DNA from: a virus
Length of the DNA stretch: 64,000 nt
Virus record (IMG/VR): IMGVR_UViG_3300017698_000036
Location: 74,657 to 138,656 of that record
Reading direction: 5' to 3' (one strand)
In this document: one piece after another, positions 20,191-28,334 of the stretch
Numbering within the stretch: position 1 is the first letter of the stretch
How the letters are laid out: the number at the start of each line of letters is the position of its first letter
Made by a program: the position numbers and the translations under genes
Notes under the pieces: generated by a model
The model's database searches: none
What the model was told of the DNA's origin: nothing
What the model saw: the letters and a program-made list of their open reading frames with translations, nothing else

Positions 20191-20562
20191 ATGAACTTAG
20201 ATAGGTATGGTATAGTGTTTAAAAGATACCAAGAGGAAACGCTCGAATGGACCTACTTCATATGTTCTAAGAGGGGTAGAGGTAGACGAAGATACTCTAA
20301 GCAAGGAGAGTGTTTGTGTGTTCTGAGAGAGATGATAAGAAATATTTGTAAACGAAATGTATTGGAGGAGTTATACATTCCCTTTGACTGTTTTGATGCA
20401 ATATGGGAAGAGTTTAATGAATATGAATTAAACGTTTCTGAGTTAATATGTGATGATATAGACATCAAACGTGACTGTTATGACGGTACTGGAATAACGT
20501 TTACGTATGGTGGATTCTTTATCCCCGATGATGGTAAACATTCACTATTCTCTAAGTTTTAA
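20191..20562 (+). CDS. DG-SLFS family protein 3
   Basis: Start follows GAGGTG inside the previous gene's tail; ends DDGKHSLFSKF. Confidence 0.7.
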   Translation: MNLDRYGIVFKRYQEETLEWTYFICSKRGRGRRRYSKQGECLCVLREMIRNICKRNVLEELYIPFDCFDAIWEEFNEYELNVSELICDDIDIKRDCYDGTGITFTYGGFFIPDDGKHSLFSKF

Positions 20563-20639
20563 ACAATTTATTGATAATAAGTGATAATTAAAACCATATT
20601 GAATGAGATAACTTATTTTATTAAGGAGAAGATATAAAG

Positions 20640-21590
20640 ATGGATCTTAAAATTTCTAGAAATGGCTCAAAACTTATTACGGAAAGTGAAAATAAAAGTA
20701 TTAAGTTAGATCGTGGTTTTGCAAAAAAGATTATGAAGTACTCGAAAGAGTTTAATGATGTATACCAAAGAATCGCAGATGATATCGACGACGGTGTACC
20801 TGTGGACAAGGGAGAGATGAGGGAACTTATTTACGCTCTCAGACATACGGAAGGTGATCATGCCAAATCTGCAAAGTCTTTGGGAAATAAGCTCTATAAG
20901 ATGCGCATGAGTGACGGTCAACCCGAACCTGCTTCCACACCCAACGTTCAAACTCAATTTGACACCCTTACACCTCAATCCGCCACTCCTCCTGTACAGG
21001 ATAATGGTGGTGTACCTCCAACCCCTCCAGAGACTCCAGTAGCTGCAGTAGCTCTAGAAGAGGATAGACTAAAAGAGATTTACAGTACTGCCCTTAATGA
21101 GTTCGACCCCAGTGGTATGTTTCATGATTATACCGACAAGGATCCTAAGTTAGCTCAAAAGATCAAGGCTCGTGATACCGCCGCGAAGAGTGCCAAGTTG
21201 AGACAGAAGAAAAAGTCTAAGAATGACTGGAAGGCCGGCACTGAGCTTAAAGGTGGACTTCCTGGTGGACAAGGTGGAATCGATTGGGGTAAATTTGCAG
21301 AAGCCATGAAGATGATTCGTGAACATGAAACCTCTACTGGTAAATTCTTAAATGAACAAGAAGCTGAGTCACTCTTTAGAGGCCTTTTTGAGAGATTCGA
21401 AAAGATGGGTAAGGTTCGTCGTGTTAAGGGCAAGGAAGAGGTTGACGAAGGTTGTGGTTACAAGAAAGAAAAGATGGAAGAGGAAAATCCTGTTGATGAG
21501 GCCGCTGACACAACCCGTCGTGAGAAGAAGATCGAGAAAAGTGGTGTACCTCAAAGAAGAACTTCTGACTTCAACGAATCTAAAAAATAA
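20640..21590 (+). CDS. Low-complexity protein, possible internal head/late protein
   Basis: Pro-rich and charged tracts; repeated hydrophobic-x-E motifs (LITE, FLNE, VDE, FNE); strong AAGGAG RBS, no sigma70 promoter directly upstream. Confidence 0.5.
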   Translation: MDLKISRNGSKLITESENKSIKLDRGFAKKIMKYSKEFNDVYQRIADDIDDGVPVDKGEMRELIYALRHTEGDHAKSAKSLGNKLYKMRMSDGQPEPASTPNVQTQFDTLTPQSATPPVQDNGGVPPTPPETPVAAVALEEDRLKEIYSTALNEFDPSGMFHDYTDKDPKLAQKIKARDTAAKSAKLRQKKKSKNDWKAGTELKGGLPGGQGGIDWGKFAEAMKMIREHETSTGKFLNEQEAESLFRGLFERFEKMGKVRRVKGKEEVDEGCGYKKEKMEEENPVDEAADTTRREKKIEKSGVPQRRTSDFNESKK

Positions 21591-21605
21591 TTCTTAAATT
21601 AATCC

Positions 21606-21634
21606 TTGACAACTGAATAAAAATGGGGTATAAC
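21606..21634 (+). promoter_or_regulatory. sigma70-type early promoter (identical to 51805 copy)
   Basis: TTGACA-17-TATAAC in ttaatccttgacaactgaataaaaatggggtataactaagtaag. Confidence 0.9.
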
Positions 21635-21658
21635 TAAGTAAGGAAGGATAGATTTATC

Positions 21659-22015
21659 ATGATTGTAACAACCGAACATATATTCGATGAAGTTAAGATT
21701 TACCCGTGGGATATATTGGATTGGGTTGAGGAGGGTCAAACTGAGTACGGTAATGATTTAAATCTCAGATATACCGATATAACACACTTACCCGACAATA
21801 TGAAAGTTGATGGTTATTTAGATCTCAGAGGTACCAACATAGCTCAATTACCCGACAATCTGCGAGTCGAGTATGGATTAAACCTTGGAGATACAAATAT
21901 AACTGACTTACCCGATGACCTGTATGTTGGTGGTAGTTTAACTCTCAGTAATACCAATATGGCTGACTTACCGGTACAGGATAGTGTGTTTGTTGGAATG
22001 GAGATATTCAGATGA
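21659..22015 (+). CDS. LRR-like repeat protein, family copy 2
   Basis: MIVTTEHIFDEVKIYPWDILDWVEEGQ plus TNI-x2-LPD-x-L-x-V repeats; ends with ATGA overlap. Confidence 0.85.
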   Translation: MIVTTEHIFDEVKIYPWDILDWVEEGQTEYGNDLNLRYTDITHLPDNMKVDGYLDLRGTNIAQLPDNLRVEYGLNLGDTNITDLPDDLYVGGSLTLSNTNMADLPVQDSVFVGMEIFR

Positions 22016-22377
22016 TTGTAACAACCGAACATATATTTGACGAGTGTGTACCTAGAGTTTACCCGTGGGATGTATTTGAAAACATTTATGAAGGTCAGAC
22101 TAGGTATTGTAACGATATAGATTTTTATGATACCGGTATAACCCATTTACCAGATAATATGATCTATGAGGGTCATTTAGATTTAGAAGATAATACTGAC
22201 ATAATTGAACTGCCTGATAACATGACGGTCGATGGCTATTTGGACATTAGAAGAACCAAAATATCTAAACTGCCTAATCACTTAAAGGTTCGTTGTTGGT
22301 TAAATACTGAAGATACCGGTATATGTAGTATTCCGGATACTGTAGAGGTGGGAGGGGTGACATATCTTGATAATTAA
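22012..22377 (+). CDS. LRR-like repeat protein, family copy 3
   Basis: MIVTTEHIFDECVPRVYPWDVF plus repeats. Confidence 0.85.
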   Translation: MIVTTEHIFDECVPRVYPWDVFENIYEGQTRYCNDIDFYDTGITHLPDNMIYEGHLDLEDNTDIIELPDNMTVDGYLDIRRTKISKLPNHLKVRCWLNTEDTGICSIPDTVEVGGVTYLDN

Positions 22378-22678
22378 AACAGCATTGACCAACAAGGATA
22401 TTAGAAAAGAAAAGGTTCGTAAATGTTCCATACAATTGCTAAAAGACGCATACAGTATAGAGCCACCTAGGTATGACTGGACCTATGAACTGTGTAATAT
22501 TGAATATATGGTGAGGGAGTTTAAACGGGAACATCACCGATACCCAAAGGACTTTTATGAGTTTTGGGATAAATCCGCGGATGTAGTACATTCCGACTCT
22601 CTATTTTGGCAATTTGAACTGGCTGATGACCCTCATTCGTTTTTATCAACCTATGTATGGATTAACAGTTTATTGTAG
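22367..22678 (+). CDS. Hypothetical protein
   Basis: 103 aa; TTG start after GGAGG; fills the operon. Confidence 0.5.
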   Translation: MIIKTALTNKDIRKEKVRKCSIQLLKDAYSIEPPRYDWTYELCNIEYMVREFKREHHRYPKDFYEFWDKSADVVHSDSLFWQFELADDPHSFLSTYVWINSLL

Positions 22679-22686
22679 GAGTTGTT

Positions 22687-23061
22687 ATGGGTCGTAAGAG
22701 AAAAAACTTTAAATACAAACTCCTATTAACTCACGATATAGAGTCGGAGTGTTCGTACATAAAGACAGTTACGTCTAAATATTTTACTAAGTATGAAGTG
22801 GGCGGAGTTGAGTATCTTGTCAGTAAGAGATTTTATGGTTTAAAGGGGGAATATGACGACGAGAAGACCGTCGGATATAGTACTCTGACTGGAGACTCCG
22901 TTTATGTGTTTGTCGATGAATGGTACATGTACCTGGAGACCTATAACGACGATATGCATAAGATACTATCTGGACCTTGCAAAACATTCAACGATAAGGT
23001 AAAGAGGTTTATTCCGGTGGCCTTAAATAGAGCTGCGTTACTAAGGAAGTTTATAAAATGA
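22687..23061 (+). CDS. Hypothetical protein
   Basis: 124 aa; AGGAG RBS; ATGA overlap with next gene. Confidence 0.6.
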   Translation: MGRKRKNFKYKLLLTHDIESECSYIKTVTSKYFTKYEVGGVEYLVSKRFYGLKGEYDDEKTVGYSTLTGDSVYVFVDEWYMYLETYNDDMHKILSGPCKTFNDKVKRFIPVALNRAALLRKFIK

Positions 23062-23444
23062 AAACTGAAGCTCGTAAAACTACGGCCAATTACCTGGGTA
23101 AGTACGACATTAGAATATCCGGATATGCGATGGATATGTTTGATATACCTTATTCAGATTCGTCCAATTTTTACAAACTAAACCCATCAGATAGATTAGA
23201 GGTACTGTGTAAGGCGATCACCTATATATTGAGAGCCGGTAGCGAATATCGAGGTACACCAAGTTACTTAAAGGTAACATACTACGATTGTTATGACTGG
23301 CTTAATATGACTATAGCCAAGGTGTTAGCCAATATAGGTCCTAGTACTGATCTGTTGTGTGAGGACAATTACAATTTGGGTTATTTAAGATTCAGGCTTA
23401 AACCCGCAGATGATGGAAGGTTTTCTTTATTTTCTAAAAACTGA
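23058..23444 (+). CDS. DG-SLFS family protein 4
   Basis: Ends PADDGRFSLFSKN; YDCYDWL...DLLCED resembles family core. Confidence 0.7.
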   Translation: MKTEARKTTANYLGKYDIRISGYAMDMFDIPYSDSSNFYKLNPSDRLEVLCKAITYILRAGSEYRGTPSYLKVTYYDCYDWLNMTIAKVLANIGPSTDLLCEDNYNLGYLRFRLKPADDGRFSLFSKN

Positions 23445-23461
23445 TTTTAGAGGAGGATATA

Positions 23462-23935
23462 TTGAGATTTATAAATTATGTTAAAAATAATAGTAAGTTG
23501 GAGTGGTTGGTCGATGACGTAGACAATCCAACTAGGATCATGTTTTGTTATCTAGGATCATATTCTAATCGATCCGGTACAGAAAAATGTCAGAAGTTCG
23601 TGGATAAGTATGGAGATAATAGGATCAAAAAGAAATTTCCCGTGTTTGAGGTAGATTTCGTATTTGATCACACTTGGTTATGGGAGTCATCTGCAGGTTG
23701 GGTATGTAAGGATGTTGACACCGATGAAGAGTTTAGGGTGTCTATTGTAGACCAGGACGGTTTAATGGATAGGGTAGAACTCGTAAGAACAATAGAGGGA
23801 AACGGTGATGTCGACGACAAGAAAGTGTATCGTATGAAGGGTTTTTATCGTAAGAAGTCAAGTTATGTATACTTTATTCCGTTCGTTGGAAGTATAAATG
23901 AAGTATACAAACCAAAGGCACATCAATTATTTTAA
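23462..23935 (+). CDS. Hypothetical protein ending in HQLF-stop
   Basis: GGAGG RBS, TTG start; last codons caa tta ttt taa. Confidence 0.65.
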   Translation: MRFINYVKNNSKLEWLVDDVDNPTRIMFCYLGSYSNRSGTEKCQKFVDKYGDNRIKKKFPVFEVDFVFDHTWLWESSAGWVCKDVDTDEEFRVSIVDQDGLMDRVELVRTIEGNGDVDDKKVYRMKGFYRKKSSYVYFIPFVGSINEVYKPKAHQLF

Positions 23936-23953
23936 ATATAAGAGGTAGTATAT

Positions 23954-24658
23954 ATGGCATTTGATATTAGAGAACATTTTAAGAAAGAAGAGGTGTTGGA
24001 CAAAGGGTATATTGAATTAACCGACGGCATGGTGAGTGATCCATTGTTGAAGATAGTAAACTCCGCCAGGGTATCCTTTCAGAAGGAATCAACTGTATTA
24101 ACTAAAAAGGATAAACAGTTGATTAACTATTTGTATGAACATAAACACTTCAGCACATTCAGACATAGCTATTTTACGTTTAGAGTTGGTGCACCCCTGT
24201 TTTGTTTTAAGCAGTGGTGGAAGCATCAAATTGGAAGTGACTTTCTAGAACGCGATATCGGAGAAGTTCAAATGCCAGAGACGAACTGGAATGAGGTTAG
24301 TGGTAGATACGTGGAGTGGAAACCTGAATTCTATATACCTGCCGTGTGGAGAGGACAGAGTGATGATAACAAGCAGGGATCCTCTGATGTGGTAATTCAT
24401 GTTGATGACTTTGAGGATAAGTGTAATCGTGACTATGATTACTATAAAAGTCTATTGGATCGAGGGGTGGCTAAAGAGATGGCCCGTATGGTTCTCCCTC
24501 CCAATCTATACTCCGAGTGTATTTGGACTGTGTCGTTACAGGGACTGCTATATTGGTTAGATCTAAGAAGCGACAGTCATGCTCAGTGGGAAATACGCCA
24601 ATACGCCAATGCCATTGTCAGTCTCATGAGTGGAATGTTGGGGGACATGGTGGAGTAA
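23954..24658 (+). CDS. thyX: Flavin-dependent thymidylate synthase
   Basis: IVNSARVSF, HFSTFRH, NEVSGRY, KEMARMVLP, LRSDSHAQWEIRQYA. Confidence 0.92.
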   Translation: MAFDIREHFKKEEVLDKGYIELTDGMVSDPLLKIVNSARVSFQKESTVLTKKDKQLINYLYEHKHFSTFRHSYFTFRVGAPLFCFKQWWKHQIGSDFLERDIGEVQMPETNWNEVSGRYVEWKPEFYIPAVWRGQSDDNKQGSSDVVIHVDDFEDKCNRDYDYYKSLLDRGVAKEMARMVLPPNLYSECIWTVSLQGLLYWLDLRSDSHAQWEIRQYANAIVSLMSGMLGDMVE

Positions 24659-25065
24659 TGTCCAAAGATGATAATGAATTTGAGATCTATGCGGAGGGTC
24701 GTTACGGGGCCGTTCATTTCAATCTACAGGTTAATCTAAGGTGTGGGTTGGGAATGTATCACGGCCTCATGGAAACATTAACAAGATACGATGAGTATAT
24801 ACATTATCTTATCTGGAGTCGTAAGTTACAACGAGAAGAGTGGGATACCATTAAGGATATGTATAACCTGAATGGTATGGACGTCGATAGAGTCCTAGAG
24901 TCTCAGGATGTATGTGGAGATAAGTTAGATATGGTAGCCCTTTTGGTTGGAGAAGATCATTTCGAGGTTGAGTTTGTGGTAGATAATATAGCCAAGTCAT
25001 ATAAATACTATACACCAAAGGATGATGGTCGACATTCTTTATTTTCGGTTACATACGATGCATAG
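24658..25065 (+). CDS. DG-SLFS family protein 5
   Basis: TAATG overlap with thyX; ends PKDDGRHSLFSVTYDA. Confidence 0.7.
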   Translation: MSKDDNEFEIYAEGRYGAVHFNLQVNLRCGLGMYHGLMETLTRYDEYIHYLIWSRKLQREEWDTIKDMYNLNGMDVDRVLESQDVCGDKLDMVALLVGEDHFEVEFVVDNIAKSYKYYTPKDDGRHSLFSVTYDA

Positions 25066-25957
25066 AAATAGTGTCAAATCCATTGTATTGGGGGCCACGT
25101 CTGAATCTATCAAGTATGCCATGAGTAATAATTCTCATGTGATATATAGAAATGTAGACTATCCAGTTCAGTTTAATATTGATGATATAGACATTATGGA
25201 GACCAGTATGATGTTACTGTCTTTAGTGGGAAATCTTCACGAGGTAGAGAGACCAACCGTAACTTTGGATATGGTTAACTCTCGAATCAAATATGAAAAC
25301 ATTGGCCAGGAGATAGAGTTTGAGTATGAAGAGTTGAAAATATATGATGACTCAATGATTCGAGAGTTGGCAGGAAAGACATACTCCGACGAAAGCTTTG
25401 AGTATCGTATTACGTATGAGTTTCTTGTTAACATAGGTCGTTTTCACTTGGCCGGTAAAGATTTTGACTTTGACGATTTTGGGTTTGACAGTATGGATAT
25501 TGGTAAAAGCGTTAAGGGACGATCGTCAAATACGCTTAGTCGAAACTGTGTAGTGGAGACAGAACGTTGTAGTATCGAGGATTTGTGTGTTACTCACGGT
25601 TTCAGGATAAATTGTATTGACTCACCACCTTTAACTGTGTATAATGATGGTTGGGAAGATTTGATAGAGTGGGAAGAGACGCGATTTGATAGTTTGGGAG
25701 ATGACTGGGAATCTATCAGAGCTCTTCAGAGATACTCAGACACATTTACCAATATATTCACAGTTATACAGGCTGATGAGTACGATGAGTCTTGGATAGA
25801 AAAGTTCGAGGTGTTACTGTGTGAGTGTATAGTGGCTAAGACTTTAACCAAGGAGGTTGAGTTGACTGAATTGAGGGTGGAAAAGATTAGACTCAACAAG
25901 GTCTACGATAGTTTAAGAGAAGAGGTTGAGAGTTATGATAATGTGGAGGTTTTATGA
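25058..25957 (+). CDS. Hypothetical protein (about 299 aa)
   Basis: N-terminal SIVLGAT resembles a degenerate Rossmann start; ATGA-coupled to next gene; start uncertain. Confidence 0.55.
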   Translation: MHRNSVKSIVLGATSESIKYAMSNNSHVIYRNVDYPVQFNIDDIDIMETSMMLLSLVGNLHEVERPTVTLDMVNSRIKYENIGQEIEFEYEELKIYDDSMIRELAGKTYSDESFEYRITYEFLVNIGRFHLAGKDFDFDDFGFDSMDIGKSVKGRSSNTLSRNCVVETERCSIEDLCVTHGFRINCIDSPPLTVYNDGWEDLIEWEETRFDSLGDDWESIRALQRYSDTFTNIFTVIQADEYDESWIEKFEVLLCECIVAKTLTKEVELTELRVEKIRLNKVYDSLREEVESYDNVEVL

Positions 25958-27072
25958 AGAAACCCATAAGTGTGTTTGATCACAAGTCTATAAGGTATAA
26001 AAATAACGTAGTTGGTATAATTCCAGTTAACGAAAACCATCTGGGTTTAAATTACCCATGGCCTGATTATATGATGCCGATTGACAAAGATTATACCTTG
26101 GTAGAGAACGCTGTGGTGACTCAATCTGTCTTGGGAGTAGATAGTATATGGATTGTAGCCTCTCCTAGTACTACAGGTTTATTAAAGGCTAGAGTTGGGG
26201 AGAACATACTTGACCCAACATCTTTAGACAGACTACAGGATGAGTTTCTTAGATCCACATTACTTGATAAGAGATCAGAGTGTATGAGAGAAACCAACTG
26301 GTGGACGTCGGAGATAAAGATAATACCTATATATTATATTAGTTTACCGAATTCAGATAGGTTGGCTGGTTTGGAGGGGTCTGATCTATGGAAGGTCATG
26401 TATGGGGCTTATACTCTTAACAATGTGTTACGTAAATTTACATCATTTATGGAACCCAAGAAATATGTGGTTACCAATCCTTATGGTATCACTCCGATGT
26501 TGAAGTACTTTACTGATCGTAATAATCATGAAGTTTTAAAGCAGCTGCGAATGAGAATGGCCAACGGACGTCATCGTGGATATATCGGAAAGGGAGAAGG
26601 TAGGAGTCGGTCTGATCGGTCGGATAAGGATCAAATGTTGTTATTTGTTGATGAAAGTGACAAAAGTGCAGTAGACGGTAATAGGCTAACGTTCTCTTTT
26701 GATAAAAAAATATGGGAAGAGATGAGAAAATATGTTTACAAAGAGTCTAAAACGTGCTATAACATTAATGATGACGGTAGTACCTCACTCATGACGTTTA
26801 AAGACTTTTTACCAACTGTCTCTAAACACTATAAGAGGGCCCACCGATACACTATGTCTCCATATCACGAGATAAACTCGTATGAGGATTACTCTAGGTA
26901 TATGGGATTTAGAGCCAGTTTGATGGAGAATGATGATAAATGTGATAAGATGGATTTTAAACCTAATTATTACATGGAAGACTATCGTTTAGGTAGGTCA
27001 GGATGGGGAGAGAGGGACAACGATGTTGATGTTATTTTGTTTAAAAATCTATTTACTGGTGATTTTGTATAA
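25954..27072 (+). CDS. Nucleotidyltransferase/GT-A-like protein, divergent
   Basis: VVGIIPV...MMPIDKDYTLVENAV...GVDSIWIVA mirrors the N-terminus of sugar-nucleotidyltransferases. Confidence 0.4.
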   Translation: MKKPISVFDHKSIRYKNNVVGIIPVNENHLGLNYPWPDYMMPIDKDYTLVENAVVTQSVLGVDSIWIVASPSTTGLLKARVGENILDPTSLDRLQDEFLRSTLLDKRSECMRETNWWTSEIKIIPIYYISLPNSDRLAGLEGSDLWKVMYGAYTLNNVLRKFTSFMEPKKYVVTNPYGITPMLKYFTDRNNHEVLKQLRMRMANGRHRGYIGKGEGRSRSDRSDKDQMLLFVDESDKSAVDGNRLTFSFDKKIWEEMRKYVYKESKTCYNINDDGSTSLMTFKDFLPTVSKHYKRAHRYTMSPYHEINSYEDYSRYMGFRASLMENDDKCDKMDFKPNYYMEDYRLGRSGWGERDNDVDVILFKNLFTGDFV

Positions 27073-27083
27073 GGAGAGTATAA

Positions 27084-27323
27084 GTGATGACCAATAAGAA
27101 AAATATAGGCTGGTATAAGAAACAAGTTAAGGAAGAGTTGACCGAGTGTCCCATCTGTAGGGGTTCGCTAAAGTTAAAACATGAACCAAAGACTGAATTC
27201 AATTGGCAGGGAAAGGTGGTTATCATTAAAGATCTGGAATTGTTGCAATGTATGGGTACTTGTGGTGAATCCTTTTACACTTTAGAGTCCGAAGCCAAAA
27301 TGGAAATGATATTAAGGAAGTGA
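27084..27323 (+). CDS. YgiT/MqsA-type zinc-ribbon protein without HTH
   Basis: CPICRG...WQGKVVIIKDLELLQCMGTCGESFY. Confidence 0.65.
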   Translation: MMTNKKNIGWYKKQVKEELTECPICRGSLKLKHEPKTEFNWQGKVVIIKDLELLQCMGTCGESFYTLESEAKMEMILRK

Positions 27324-27326
27324 TAT

Positions 27327-27422
27327 ATGTCGTATCGATGTTGTAGTGAGTTTACAGATTGTGAGCTCAAAGTACATAATAAGTTAAAATTAGTTCCATT
27401 TCAAAGATTTCAACTATTTTAA
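27327..27422 (+). CDS. 31-aa micro-ORF ending in FQLF-stop (not in ORF track)
   Basis: AAGGAAG RBS; MSYRCCSEFTDCELKVHNKLKLVPFQRFQLF-stop. Confidence 0.55.
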   Translation: MSYRCCSEFTDCELKVHNKLKLVPFQRFQLF

Positions 27423-27430
27423 AATAATCC

Positions 27431-27459
27431 TTGACAAGTCAATAAAAATCTGGTACAAT
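27431..27459 (+). promoter_or_regulatory. sigma70-type early promoter
   Basis: TTGACA-17-TACAAT. Confidence 0.8.
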
Positions 27460-27505
27460 TATATAAGAAGGTAAGTTTTGTTCGTTATCTAAGAAAGGAG
27501 ACAGC

Positions 27506-28006
27506 ATGTTGGGATTTTTAGGTGGTGTATTTGGTTACTTAATATTACTGTATATTGTGATCCATATAAGAGTAGCATATACGTCAGAAGTGGATGAGAT
27601 AAATGAGCTTTTTAATCAAAGACGTGAAATTATTGAATATGCATATTTACTCAATCAAGAACCCGTTGTCGAAATGAAAGATCATGAAAGATTTCGTAAG
27701 TTTAGATTTCATAAAAATATAGACCTTCAATCTAGAGACAAAAGGTTTAAATTGGATATTGTCCATGAGGCCACAATGTTGAGTGGTAAATATCGTGACT
27801 ATAAGAGTGAACGAATTCGTGAAACCACAAAGGCCTTATTTAAACTGTATACAACCGCATATTTTAATCATAGAGAGGTTGTGAAAATATATGATGAGTT
27901 TTTAAAACAAAGAGTCAATAATGGTCATCAAACGCTAAAAGACTATATGGTATTCCACAATTCAGATTATCCAGTTAGGGATTTCGATAAATTTCAACTG
28001 TTTTAA
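27506..28006 (+). CDS. N-terminally membrane-anchored protein ending in FQLF-stop
   Basis: MLGFLGGVFGYLILLYIVIHI hydrophobic start; last codons caa ctg ttt taa. Confidence 0.7.
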   Translation: MLGFLGGVFGYLILLYIVIHIRVAYTSEVDEINELFNQRREIIEYAYLLNQEPVVEMKDHERFRKFRFHKNIDLQSRDKRFKLDIVHEATMLSGKYRDYKSERIRETTKALFKLYTTAYFNHREVVKIYDEFLKQRVNNGHQTLKDYMVFHNSDYPVRDFDKFQLF

Positions 28007-28016
28007 GGTATTAATC

Positions 28017-28322
28017 ATGATTGTTAAAAAGAAGACCGAGTATGTTAAATCCCAAAAGGGTAGGTATTTCGAACCACCAAAGCGCCACCGCCAAATCACG
28101 TATGATAGGTTTACGGATCTTGGTTTAAGTTGTTATGATTGTGCGTATTTTAATGGAGTAGGCGAAGAGTGCACATGTTGGATTCGTCAGTGTAAACCAG
28201 GAGGCCTCCCCCAAGGTATGATTGCATCCATATTAGCTTGTTGTAATCTACCCAAAGCACTTTGTATACAGTTTAGATTAATGGCAACTGTTAAAATATA
28301 TAAAGATTTTCAACTATTTTAA
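28017..28322 (+). CDS. Cys-rich protein ending in FQLF-stop
   Basis: CYDC...CTC...C...CC...C; last codons caa cta ttt taa. Confidence 0.65.
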   Translation: MIVKKKTEYVKSQKGRYFEPPKRHRQITYDRFTDLGLSCYDCAYFNGVGEECTCWIRQCKPGGLPQGMIASILACCNLPKALCIQFRLMATVKIYKDFQLF

Positions 28323-28334
28323 AAGGAAGGATAT

